Positions 1-8,903 of a DNA stretch of 33,235 bases are shown in pieces. The notes beneath the pieces were generated by a model. The model was not told the DNA's origin. It was given only the letters and a program-made list of their open reading frames with translations, and did not search any database. The translations under genes and the position numbers were made by a program. The number at the start of each line of letters is the position of its first letter. Within the stretch, counting starts at the first letter, position 1. The DNA is taken from positions 1 through 33,235 of the forward strand of contig CAXGUD010000040.1 of NCBI GenBank assembly GCA_964012805.1, written 5' to 3'. The stretch comes from an uncultured Bacteriovoracaceae bacterium. Lineage in GTDB: Bacteria > Bdellovibrionota > Bacteriovoracia > Bacteriovoracales > Bacteriovoracaceae.

Positions 1-438
1 CGTTCAGTTTTGGCAGACCCAAGAGATCCTTCAATAAAAGAAAAGATTCAGGCCATATTTAAAAATGTCCCCCTCTCTATTCCTTTTGGAACGTCTATCC
101 TTCATGAACTTGGACCTAGGTATTTCAAAAATTATCAAAAATCACCTTATATGGAAAAATCTCTTTATCTAAAAGATGAAGTTATAGGACTCTTGCCTGG
201 AATCACTAACAAAAATATGCCCATTCAAATGCATTCAGTTCATAAAGAGCTTAATCCAATTTTTCACTCCCTTTTAAAAGAGTTTCAAGACTTAACCAAA
301 ATACCCATTCTTCTAAACACAAATATTAATGTTTCCAACAACGCTCATACACTTACCGAAGAAGATATTTTCTCCCTTCTTTTAACAACAAAGCTAGAAT
401 TTTTAGTCATAGGAAACTTCATTATTAAAAGAAGGTGA
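1..438 (+). CDS. Carbamoyltransferase (CmcH/NodU family) C-terminal domain, 5'-truncated by the window edge, divergent
   Basis: Frame is open from base 1 (RSVLADPR...). Contains family-like motifs RSxLADPR, SPYM, FxxLTxIPILLNT and a terminal LVIGNF. Confidence 0.75.
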   Translation, partial: RSVLADPRDPSIKEKIQAIFKNVPLSIPFGTSILHELGPRYFKNYQKSPYMEKSLYLKDEVIGLLPGITNKNMPIQMHSVHKELNPIFHSLLKEFQDLTKIPILLNTNINVSNNAHTLTEEDIFSLLLTTKLEFLVIGNFIIKRR

Positions 439-463
439 GAATGAGTTTTACTCATCAACGAAC

Positions 464-925
464 TTAATGTTTAAAGGGAAGAGATGAGTGATGAAGGTCT
501 ATCTTGAGTCGGCTATCATCCATTTTTTTATATCCGAATGAATATTCTACCTTTAATTCCTTTCCACCATCATCTTTGAAATAATAGTGTCCCATAACAA
601 GGGCCCTTTTTTCTTCAAAGATAAAAGAGGCATTTTCAAACCGGATCGACTTCCATGGCTGAAGCGCAAAGCCTCCATCTTCCGGAAAATTGGTGTTTCC
701 ACCTACGAAATAGGAAAGTGCCGCATCTTTTTCCAAACGAAATGGTTCTTCCGACGCCTTTGTCGGTTTAAAAAGAACTTTGGCGGAGTCATAAGCATAA
801 AGATCATCTAAAAGTTTTAAAGCTTCACTTAAATGAGCATCTTTATTATCTTTTAGCTTTCCAATTTGAATAACAGATTCAGCCCATTTTTCTTGGGCCT
901 TATTAACTTCCTGCTCAGTAATCAC
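464..925 (-). CDS. COG4337 / SnoaL-fold protein, putative iota-class carbonic anhydrase
   Basis: Motifs AQxxW, LFKPTKA, ALSYFVG, EDGGFAL-PW, RFEN, MGxYYF, KVEYSFGY and C-terminal LHHSSLPF. GTG start with GGGGG upstream. Confidence 0.7.
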   Translation of the reverse strand: MITEQEVNKAQEKWAESVIQIGKLKDNKDAHLSEALKLLDDLYAYDSAKVLFKPTKASEEPFRLEKDAALSYFVGGNTNFPEDGGFALQPWKSIRFENASFIFEEKRALVMGHYYFKDDGGKELKVEYSFGYKKMDDSRLKIDLHHSSLPFKH

Positions 926-976
926 AAAGAACCCCCTTTTAGAGTCATTTAGTTACGGGTAACCTACTCTTTAACT

Positions 977-1843
977 TTAAAGGGAATTTACTTTTTTCGT
1001 ATTTGAAAGAAAAGATAAAAAGGAATTTATAATTAGACCCTCAGGGTCATAAAAAAAAGAGTGACCAAAGCCATTCAGTGGTAAAAATTGAGAACCTTCA
1101 ATAGCGTGGTGAAGCTTTTGACCTAAATAAAAAGGTACAATCTGATCATCTTTTGAGTGAACAATTAGTGTTGGAGCTTTAACGTCCTTTAAAAAGGGAG
1201 TTACATCATGACGACCACTTTTATACAAAAGTTTTTTTAAAGCTTCAGGGCCAAGGGATTCCCTTTCAAATTGGCCAAGTTTTTCATTAAATTCAGAAGG
1301 CATTACCTTAAGATATTCCCTTGGTAAGCTTTTCCTCATAAAAAAACCCTTACCCCAATCACGGACAGTCTTATCTACAGCTCTTTTTAAAATAAAATAT
1401 TTGAAAAACTTGGGCAGCCACCATACTTTTTCTAACTTTGCTGAATGAGGCAGACCAGACACTAAAATCATTTTCGAAACTTTAGATGGGTTATTTGCCG
1501 CATATAATGCGCTGATCTGAGCCCCCTCGGAAAAACCAAGAAGAATGGCTTTCTCTGATGAATTTTCCTCCATTACAAGGTCAATATCATGTTCCCTTTC
1601 CTCAAGAGTTGGTGCTCGGTCTATTTTTTTTGAAAGTCCAGACCCCCTTTTATCAAAAAGGAGGACTCTATAATGTTTAGATAATTGGGTGATAAATTTT
1701 GTGAAACCAGGAAACAAGTGATAATGCTCGATGTGGGAGACTATACCTGGAACAAGAATCAAGTCTTCTGGACAATTCACTCCAAAGACCTGGTAAGCCA
1801 ATCTTGTTTTGCCTCGCTCCAGATACTTAGTTTTAAAATTCAA
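977..1843 (-). CDS. Alpha/beta-fold hydrolase
   Basis: LAYQVFG...LVPGIVSH, FDKRGSGLS, GFSEG nucleophile elbow, PTLIVH..DD, GH near the C-terminus. Confidence 0.85.
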   Translation of the reverse strand: MNFKTKYLERGKTRLAYQVFGVNCPEDLILVPGIVSHIEHYHLFPGFTKFITQLSKHYRVLLFDKRGSGLSKKIDRAPTLEEREHDIDLVMEENSSEKAILLGFSEGAQISALYAANNPSKVSKMILVSGLPHSAKLEKVWWLPKFFKYFILKRAVDKTVRDWGKGFFMRKSLPREYLKVMPSEFNEKLGQFERESLGPEALKKLLYKSGRHDVTPFLKDVKAPTLIVHSKDDQIVPFYLGQKLHHAIEGSQFLPLNGFGHSFFYDPEGLIINSFLSFLSNTKKVNSL

Positions 1844-1854
1844 AGCAGTCGGCC

Positions 1855-2364
1855 TTAATCCTCTGAGGAAGGTTCTCTATTTAATTCTTCTTTTAGCTTC
1901 TCAACGGCTTCATCAGGTATTTTTAGGCTCTCCATTTCACTAAAGGAAAGCTTTTTAAGCTCAGCCTTATTTTGTTCATCCCATAACTTATTAAGATAGG
2001 TTTCAAGTTCTTTTATTGCTTTTTTATCCTCTTCGGTCGTTTGAGTAAGACGGATAGCTTCCAACACCTTTTCCTTGTACTCCAAGAGCCACTTTTCTTT
2101 TGCATCCAACTCTTCTTTCTCACTCGTCCAAGGAACTTTGGCCTTAACAATTTCGATTTTTGAGTCTTCGGCCTTTGAACTAGCTTTGGAGACTGAATTA
2201 CCCGTCCCTCCTATTACTTTTTCTTGTGAAGGACTTTCCTTATTTACTGATTGAGATGACTTTACATCTTCACTCTTATTTGTTTCGGGTCCCTTTTTTT
2301 GGACAGCAAAAAAAACGCCTCCAAAAATGATCACACACACAGTAACAATTATTGCTGAACGCAT
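1855..2364 (-). CDS. Hypothetical protein with N-terminal membrane anchor
   Basis: 169-aa ORF with GAGGGAG RBS. Hydrophobic N-terminus, then a low-complexity linker and a helical region. Operonic spacing. Confidence 0.7.
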   Translation of the reverse strand: MRSAIIVTVCVIIFGGVFFAVQKKGPETNKSEDVKSSQSVNKESPSQEKVIGGTGNSVSKASSKAEDSKIEIVKAKVPWTSEKEELDAKEKWLLEYKEKVLEAIRLTQTTEEDKKAIKELETYLNKLWDEQNKAELKKLSFSEMESLKIPDEAVEKLKEELNREPSSED

Positions 2365-2365
2365 A

Positions 2366-2653
2366 TTAAGCTCCCTCTTGGGTTGTTTCTAATACAAAAG
2401 TCATTTTCATTCTCTTAAAAATACTCTTTAGCCAAAGAATAGAAAAAATTGGTATGAATTCCATAAGACGATGGAATTTGTCACCGCTACTGACATTAGA
2501 AAAACTTTCAATCGAAACTTTATAAAGAACGTACGTTCTAAACAGGTAAAAAAGGGCCACGGCAAGAACGATGGAACTTCCGCCATAAATAAGTCCGTTA
2601 ATTAAATATTTTTGAAGTGCTTCCCAAGTAAAACGCAAACCATCCCTCTCCAT
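2366..2653 (-). CDS. Small hypothetical membrane protein
   Basis: 95-aa ORF with a hydrophobic segment. Its stop lies 1 nt from the next gene's start. Confidence 0.6.
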   Translation of the reverse strand: MERDGLRFTWEALQKYLINGLIYGGSSIVLAVALFYLFRTYVLYKVSIESFSNVSSGDKFHRLMEFIPIFSILWLKSIFKRMKMTFVLETTQEGA

Positions 2654-2848
2654 TATTCTTTTACTCTCAATTTATCGGATTACTTGAGCGAAAACTAAAT
2701 GAACTCCTCTTTTTAAAGACACAATTGCTTTTTCTCAAAAATTCTCATTTATAAAACTCAAAACTCTTTTAGAGTTCCCCTAAAGGAAAAATTTTTGCTA
2801 CACTATGACATAGAGATTCAATAGAAATTATTCACAAGGCAAGTCTTC

Positions 2849-4165
2849 ATGGATGTTAGGGCTTATTTAAAGGACAAACAAATTCTATCTTGGGCCCTTT
2901 ACGATTGGGCCAACTCAACATTTGCCACAAGTATTATGGCCGCCTTTTTCCCAATTTATTTTAAACAATTCTGGTCCCATGGAGAAAGTAGCGCCATAAC
3001 GTCGTCAAGACTTGCTTTTGCTACTGCTGCTGCAAGTTTTGTTGTTGCAATTCTTGCTCCTGTTCTAGGTGCCATAGCTGACCAAGTTAACGCCAAAAAA
3101 AAGTTCCTTATCTTTTTTCTTACCATTGGGGTTACAACGACAGGCGCTTTAACATTTACAAGCATGGGGCAATGGCAAATTGCTGTTCTCCTCTACGCCT
3201 TTGGAACTATAGGCTTTTCCGGCAGTAATATTTTTTACGACGCGCTCCTTGTTTTCATTTCAAATGACAAAACAGTCGACGGTGTATCTGCCTTTGGATT
3301 CTCTATGGGTTATTTAGGGGGCGGTCTTCTTTTTGTTTTAAACACACTCACAGTTCTCTATCCAACTTCCTTCGGTCTAACAGATCAATCTCAAGCTGTT
3401 CAAGTATCTTTCATCATGGTAGCAATCTGGTGGGCGCTTTTTTCCATCCCGCTTTTTCTTTATGTTCCTGAAAAAAAGATTGAGTCTAAGGACTCCATTT
3501 TGGCCATTTGTAAAAAGGGTTTTTCCAGACTCAAAACGACCTTTTCTCAACTAAGAAATTTGAAAGTCACATTTCTTTTTTTAGTGAGCTACTGGTTTTA
3601 TATAGATGGGGTGGATACTATCGTAAGGCTTTCAAGTAACTACGCCCTTAATATTGGAATTTCTCAACAAACACTACTCGTCTGCATTCTTTTAGTTCAG
3701 TTTGTCGCTTTTCCTTGCACTCTCCTCTACATCAAAATTTTTGAAAATAAATGGGGGACAAAAATAGGCATACTCTTTGGTATTGGTTGTTATATTGTCA
3801 TCACGGTCTCTGCTTATTTTGTTGACTCTGAAACAGAATTCCTTCTTCTGGCCATCGGCATTGGTTCTGCTCAAGGAGGTGTTCAGTCCCTAAGCCGTTC
3901 CTTTTTTTCTAAAATTATTCCAAGGAATGCTCCCACGGAATTTTTTGGATTTTACAATATGCTTGGAAAGTTTGCTGCTGTTTTTGGCCCCATGATTTAT
4001 GGATTTATGAGGTTATACACCGGTGAACGCCAATCAATTCTCTCTATTATTGTTCTTTTTGTTCTCGGTGGGGCCTTACTTCTTTTTGTTGATGAGGAGA
4101 AAGGGAAAGCTGCTGCCAGAGAAATGGAGAAAGCAATCGCTAAAAAAGAAGGAGCGGGGGCCTAG
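2849..4165 (+). CDS. MFS transporter, UMF1/Atg22-like family
   Basis: WALYDWANS, LAPVLGAIAD, NIFYDALL, GYLGG, FYIDGV, GGVQSLSRS, EFFGFY motifs. About 12 TM segments. Confidence 0.88.
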   Translation: MDVRAYLKDKQILSWALYDWANSTFATSIMAAFFPIYFKQFWSHGESSAITSSRLAFATAAASFVVAILAPVLGAIADQVNAKKKFLIFFLTIGVTTTGALTFTSMGQWQIAVLLYAFGTIGFSGSNIFYDALLVFISNDKTVDGVSAFGFSMGYLGGGLLFVLNTLTVLYPTSFGLTDQSQAVQVSFIMVAIWWALFSIPLFLYVPEKKIESKDSILAICKKGFSRLKTTFSQLRNLKVTFLFLVSYWFYIDGVDTIVRLSSNYALNIGISQQTLLVCILLVQFVAFPCTLLYIKIFENKWGTKIGILFGIGCYIVITVSAYFVDSETEFLLLAIGIGSAQGGVQSLSRSFFSKIIPRNAPTEFFGFYNMLGKFAAVFGPMIYGFMRLYTGERQSILSIIVLFVLGGALLLFVDEEKGKAAAREMEKAIAKKEGAGA

Positions 4166-4256
4166 GTCAAGATGACTGTGTGTGGGCTTTATGGGTTTCG
4201 TAAGGAGCTACGATGTTGGGTAGTAGACCTTTGTGCCCCCACTCTTTTCTTTAGCT
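4139..4256 (-). ncRNA. Candidate small structured RNA with long terminal stem
   Basis: The ends pair (GCUAAAGAAAAGAGUGGGGGC...AGGUC with GACCU...GCCCCCGCUCCUUCUUUUUUAGC). A sigma70-like promoter lies just upstream, and the 3' end is U-rich. Family not recognised. Confidence 0.4.
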
Positions 4257-4262
4257 AAAGAG

Positions 4263-4291
4263 AAGGTACGCCCAAAAGTTGTATAAGTCAA
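4263..4291 (-). promoter_or_regulatory. Sigma70-like promoter for the candidate sRNA
   Basis: TTGACT (4291-4286), 17-nt spacer, TACCTT (4268-4263). Confidence 0.5.
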
Positions 4292-4301
4292 ACAATAGTT
4301 T

Positions 4302-6095
4302 CTACAAACAAACATTTTTTCTAAAAAACTTCTTTTCACCTGTTTGAACATCCCAAAGCCTTTTATAGAAACCTTTGAGTCGAAGAAGTTCATCGTGAGC
4401 TCCTTCTTCCACAATTTTTCCCTTTTCCAAAACAATAATGTGGTCAGCATGACGTATTGTAGAAAGCCTGTGTGCCAAAATAAGAGTCGTTCTCCCATGG
4501 CTCGCTTTCTCGAGCGTTCTTTGAAGAGAAGCCTCCGTCTCATTATCAACATTCGAAGTAGCTTCATCAAGAATAAGTACCGGAGCATTCTTTAAAAGGG
4601 CCCTTGCTATAGAGATTCTTTGCCTCTGACCACCTGAAAGAGTTTGTCCCCTCTCACCAATAACTGTTTCATAACCTTGTGGTAGTTCGCTAATAAATTG
4701 GTGGGCCTCTGCCATCTTGGCAGCCTCAATTATATCATCAAGCGTACTATTAAAGCTCCCATAACTTATATTTTCTCTCACCGTTCCGTGAAAGAGAAAT
4801 ACATCCTGACCGACAAAACTAAATGCTTTCCTCAAGTCTTTTAGAGAAAAATTACTGATTGGCTCTCCATCCAAAGTAATAAAGCCATGACGACTTTCGT
4901 AAAGCCTAAGAATCAACTTTGTTAAAGTACTTTTTCCAGAACCCGTAGGGCCTACAATAGCAAAAGTTTTCTGGGCCTTAATGTGAAAGTTGAAGTCTTC
5001 AAAAAGCGGAGGAAGACCTCTATAATTAAAAAAGATCTTATGAAATTTAATATCCCCTTTCACCTTTTTCAAATTGAGAAGCTTTCTCCCATCTTTAATA
5101 GAGTAGGATGTATTTAAAAGTTTTATTAAACGGGCCAAAGAAGCCATAGATCTTTGGTAAAGGTCAAAAGTTTCTCCCAGCCTAGTTAAGGGCCAAAGGA
5201 GCCTTTGAGTTAGAAAAATCATGACACTATAAGCCCCTACATTTAAAGACCCTTCAATCACTAGTTTTCCTCCCATAATTAGGGTTGTTGTAAAACTCAA
5301 AACGATGAAAATCCTTATTATTGGAGAGAAGGCACTCGAAAGTCGAATGGCCAATTTATTGGCCTTATTGTAGTTTTCACTTAAGCCATTAAGAACCCAG
5401 CTCTCAAAGTGTTCCGCCGTATAACTTTTAATAGTGGTCATTCCACTTAGGTTATTTCCCAGTTTCGAATTGAGGGCATCAACTTCTTCTCGAACGCGGG
5501 CATAATGAGGGGCCACCTTATTTTTGAAAGAAAAGGAAAACCAAAGAATCAAAGGAATAGGAATAAAAGAAAAAAGGGCAACATTTGGAGCAATCACTAA
5601 AAAGCCAGTGCCGACAATAAGGACCGTTGTCATAACTTGAATAATGTCATTGGCACCACCGTTTAGGAAACGTTCAAATTGATTGACGTCATCATTTAGA
5701 AGGGCCATGAGACTTCCGCTCGTTTTATGCTCAAAGTATTCAAGATCCAAATTTTGAAGGTGATTATAACCATCCATCCTTAAGTCGTGCTGAACTTCCT
5801 GGGCCAACCCCCTCCAAGTTAGTTTTTGCAAAAACTCAAATAAGGACTCTAAAGACCAAATTAAAACAGTCATTCCGCCAAGAATATAGAGCTGCGTCAT
5901 CAGATCAGGGCCAACTACAGAGCCTAAAAAAGAGCTCTCTTTTTTTACAACGGTATCGACAGCTGCCCCAATCAAAAGAGGTGGGGCCAAATCAGTTACC
6001 TTGTTCAAAAAGGAGTAAAGCGATGCTTTTGCGATTGCGCGTTGATCCTTTTTCTTCATGAAAAAAAATTTAAATAGTGGATGTTTAATTTTCAC
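4302..6095 (-). CDS. ABC exporter, fused permease/ATPase (MdlB/MsbA-like)
   Basis: N-terminal TM domain, Walker A GPTGSGKS, LSGGQ signature, Walker B LILDEATS, AHRLST. Confidence 0.92.
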   Translation of the reverse strand: MKIKHPLFKFFFMKKKDQRAIAKASLYSFLNKVTDLAPPLLIGAAVDTVVKKESSFLGSVVGPDLMTQLYILGGMTVLIWSLESLFEFLQKLTWRGLAQEVQHDLRMDGYNHLQNLDLEYFEHKTSGSLMALLNDDVNQFERFLNGGANDIIQVMTTVLIVGTGFLVIAPNVALFSFIPIPLILWFSFSFKNKVAPHYARVREEVDALNSKLGNNLSGMTTIKSYTAEHFESWVLNGLSENYNKANKLAIRLSSAFSPIIRIFIVLSFTTTLIMGGKLVIEGSLNVGAYSVMIFLTQRLLWPLTRLGETFDLYQRSMASLARLIKLLNTSYSIKDGRKLLNLKKVKGDIKFHKIFFNYRGLPPLFEDFNFHIKAQKTFAIVGPTGSGKSTLTKLILRLYESRHGFITLDGEPISNFSLKDLRKAFSFVGQDVFLFHGTVRENISYGSFNSTLDDIIEAAKMAEAHQFISELPQGYETVIGERGQTLSGGQRQRISIARALLKNAPVLILDEATSNVDNETEASLQRTLEKASHGRTTLILAHRLSTIRHADHIIVLEKGKIVEEGAHDELLRLKGFYKRLWDVQTGEKKFFRKNVCL

Positions 6096-6163
6096 AGTAA
6101 CCCTTTAAAAGGCTTCAGTTAGTAATTACCATGAAAACAACCATATCCAGTCCTTAAGGTCAA

Positions 6164-7054
6164 TTATTGGGACTCTTCAAATGCTTCTTTGGCAAGCTCT
6201 CTAAAGTCCTCAATCCATTGGGCCACTTTGGCCGATATGGAAACTTTTTGTTCTTTGTCTAATGAATTGAGGACCCTCGCAATAAGGTTATCTATATGAA
6301 CCCTATAAGCTTTACTTTCCGGAGTCCGCCTTTTGTCCCAATTTAAAAAATGATCCTTCACACAAAAAGACTTTTTTTCTTTATTTTTGTTTTCTTTTAT
6401 ACAAGAGATGATCTTCTCATTCCAGACTTTTCGCCTAGCATAAGACTCTTTAAAAGGGAAAGAGTGCTTCTTAAAATGCTCTTTAAAAATTTTTTCCTGC
6501 TTTTCTTTAATAGTGATGTCCATAAAGTCGAGCATTTTTTTTGCCCTTTTTAAACTTAGCTCTTCAGAACTTGATTCTTTTAATTTCTCAAGTCTTTCTT
6601 CATGGTCTTCCTTAATTTTTTCTTCAAATTTTTTTATCTGAGAAGAGTTCAAGGAAAGGTAAATTTTTACAGAAGAGTCAACCCAAGGTCTTGCGGTCAT
6701 AAAGCCGAGCTTTTCCATTTCAAGCCTTTTCGCCTGAACAATTTTTGGAGTTATAGTGGAAGCCTTTAAATCTTTTCTGACCTCTTCTAAAAAAGTTACA
6801 TATTTTGGAAGCATTTCTTTTTGGTGCCACTTTTTATACTTTTGAATATTTTTTTCTACTTCAGGAATTTGCTCACTATTAAGGTCAAAGTATGATTCTA
6901 ACCTCATTTGAATAAACCAATCAGAAAAACGGTAAGCCCATTTAATTCGGCTGCAGCTAGTGGTGAGAAAAAGAACAATCAAAAGAAGGGGTATAAAAGC
7001 TCCAACTTTTTTACGCCTCCAAAAGGCCAATTTATTAAATTTATCCATTTGCAA
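6164..7054 (-). CDS. DUF6279-like lipoprotein (start probably slightly downstream)
   Basis: Lipobox LTTSC followed by Y..DW....YFDL..EQ and WH...LP.Y, a pattern recalled for this family. Helical and K/E-rich. Confidence 0.65.
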   Translation of the reverse strand: MQMDKFNKLAFWRRKKVGAFIPLLLIVLFLTTSCSRIKWAYRFSDWFIQMRLESYFDLNSEQIPEVEKNIQKYKKWHQKEMLPKYVTFLEEVRKDLKASTITPKIVQAKRLEMEKLGFMTARPWVDSSVKIYLSLNSSQIKKFEEKIKEDHEERLEKLKESSSEELSLKRAKKMLDFMDITIKEKQEKIFKEHFKKHSFPFKESYARRKVWNEKIISCIKENKNKEKKSFCVKDHFLNWDKRRTPESKAYRVHIDNLIARVLNSLDKEQKVSISAKVAQWIEDFRELAKEAFEESQ

Positions 7055-7126
7055 GCACCTCTTTTGAACGATGTGTTACTTTGGGCCACTTAATTTCTAT
7101 ACCTTCTTATTCTAACCCTCAATTGA

Positions 7127-7155
7127 TTGTCAGAAAAAGGATCTTTCGCTAGACT
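7127..7155 (+). promoter_or_regulatory. Sigma70-like promoter of the yqeY-cupredoxin-methyltransferase unit
   Basis: TTGTCA, 17-nt spacer, TAGACT, followed by an AAGGA RBS. Confidence 0.5.
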
Positions 7156-7182
7156 CCCCTTAAAAAAACACAAGGATTTAAA

Positions 7183-7599
7183 ATGATGTTTGATCAAGTG
7201 ACAAGTGACATAAAAGAGGCCATGAAAGCGAAAGAAAAAGAGAGGCTCAACGCGCTAAGATACCTTAAAAGCCTTCTCCTCGAAAATAAGACCTCCGGTA
7301 AACCAAAGCCTGAAATTGATGTCGTTGTCGCACATCAAAAAAAGCTCAATGCTTCACTTGAAAGCTACCCACCAGAAAGTGAACAAAGACAAAAAATTGT
7401 AGACGAAATTGAATTTCTTAAACCCTATTTACCAGCTCCTATGAGTGAAGAGGATGTAAAGACCATCATAAAAGAAATTTTAAGCAAGATGGAAAAGCCT
7501 AATATTGGTATGGTGATGAAAGAACTGTCTCCACAAATTAAGGGTAAATTTGATGGAAAGGCAGCAAACAAAATAGTTCAAGAGTTAGTCAATAAATAA
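7183..7599 (+). CDS. GatB/YqeY domain protein
   Basis: DIKEAMKAKEKERLNALR, EIEFLKPYLP, IGMVMK...GKFDGK. Confidence 0.9.
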   Translation: MMFDQVTSDIKEAMKAKEKERLNALRYLKSLLLENKTSGKPKPEIDVVVAHQKKLNASLESYPPESEQRQKIVDEIEFLKPYLPAPMSEEDVKTIIKEILSKMEKPNIGMVMKELSPQIKGKFDGKAANKIVQELVNK

Positions 7600-7630
7600 A
7601 GTTAAAGATTTTAAAAACAAGGAGTTACCG

Positions 7631-7963
7631 ATGAAAAAATTAATGTTAGCAGCTTTTCTCTGCTTACTTTCAATTAACAGTTACAGTGCAAAAAGAGTCA
7701 TTCAGCTTGTAAACCACCAATATGAAGGTGTTAAACAATGGCTTCCTGGGACAATTATAGTCAACCAAGGGGACGATGTGGAAATTCACCTTATTAATAA
7801 AAAAGGTATTCATGGCTTTCGCATTAAGGCCTTCAACATTGAAGAAACAGTGACTTCAAAAAAAGTTAAGAAAGTAACTTTTAAAGCCTCTAAAAAAGGC
7901 ATTCACAAAATAGACTGTCAAATGCATGGTGCTCATGTTGGTGGCCAATTAATTATACAATAA
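7631..7963 (+). CDS. Secreted cupredoxin-domain protein (nitrosocyanin-like)
   Basis: Signal peptide, PGTIIVNQGD.V, HGF, and a C-x2-H-x2-H loop (CQMHGAH). GGGAG RBS. Confidence 0.8.
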   Translation: MKKLMLAAFLCLLSINSYSAKRVIQLVNHQYEGVKQWLPGTIIVNQGDDVEIHLINKKGIHGFRIKAFNIEETVTSKKVKKVTFKASKKGIHKIDCQMHGAHVGGQLIIQ

Positions 7964-7964
7964 T

Positions 7965-8729
7965 ATGAAAATTAAAGGCCTTAAAATACCTGAAGCAGAA
8001 AAGAATGGATTTATTCCAACTCTGAATCAGATGGGCTTCATGACTTCAACTTTGGACTCCTTTTCGGAGGAGTTTACAATGTTTAGCTCCTCTTCATGGG
8101 CCGGCTCCTCCATATACTCGCTTGAAATTGGAGCTGCTTATGGAGTGGCGACCTTAAAGGCGCTTGAAAAAGGCGCCCATATTATTGCAAATGACCTCCA
8201 TCAGGACCACCTCACTCTTCTCCACGATAAAGTTCCGGACAACTTGAAAAATAACCTCACTCTACTACCAGGCAGTTTTCCAGAGGATATTGAATTGAAG
8301 GACAATTCACTGAAGTCCATTCTTATTTGTCGGGTACTTCACTTTTTTAATGAAGAGAGGTTGAAAAACTCAATACAAAAGTTTTTTAATGCTCTTGAGC
8401 CAGGAGGCAAGATTTTTGTTATTACAGAAACACCCTACCTTAAAAACTTCCTCTCTTTTGTTCCCACTTTTGAGAAACGAAAGGAGGAAGGGCACCCTTT
8501 TCCAGGATTTGTCGAAGATGTGACTAAAATAGACCCTATCCGTGGGCAATACCTTCCCAAAGAGATGATGGTTTTTGACAAAGGTGTTCTTTCCGGTCTT
8601 TTTGGAAGTTTTGGTTTTCAAATAGAGAAGTGCGAAGAGTTTGCAAGACCCGAATTTCCTGAAGACCTAAGACTCGATGGTAGGGAAAGCGTTGGACTCG
8701 TCGCAAAAAAAGTGACCGAGAGTCGGTGA
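7965..8729 (+). CDS. Class I SAM-dependent methyltransferase
   Basis: LEIGAAYG motif I, RVLHF, LEPGGKIFV. Confidence 0.85.
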   Translation: MKIKGLKIPEAEKNGFIPTLNQMGFMTSTLDSFSEEFTMFSSSSWAGSSIYSLEIGAAYGVATLKALEKGAHIIANDLHQDHLTLLHDKVPDNLKNNLTLLPGSFPEDIELKDNSLKSILICRVLHFFNEERLKNSIQKFFNALEPGGKIFVITETPYLKNFLSFVPTFEKRKEEGHPFPGFVEDVTKIDPIRGQYLPKEMMVFDKGVLSGLFGSFGFQIEKCEEFARPEFPEDLRLDGRESVGLVAKKVTESR

Positions 8730-8903
8730 TAAAAAAGCCCTTAGCAAGTCTTCTCACTTACTTCACTGACCAGTGGTCATTTAGCAAGAGTAAAATAGAC
8801 CAGAAGGTCGGCCTTGAAGACATTCTTAAGTCACTAAAGTGAAGTCTTCTACTTTTAACAAGTTAGACGTTTTCTCAAAGGGTTCCTTTAACCATTGTTA
8901 GAA

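Noticed and set aside
4156..4243. SRP (4.5S) RNA or tmRNA/tRNA on either strand
   Set aside because: The termini GGGGGC...GCCCCCAC and a GUAA loop resemble 4.5S RNA, but the conserved CAGG/AGCA domain IV loop is missing. There is no T-arm or CCA end. Kept only as an unassigned candidate RNA.
4208..4588. 126-aa minus-strand ORF overlapping the ABC exporter
   Set aside because: It is an alternative frame of a well-supported gene, with no recognisable motifs.
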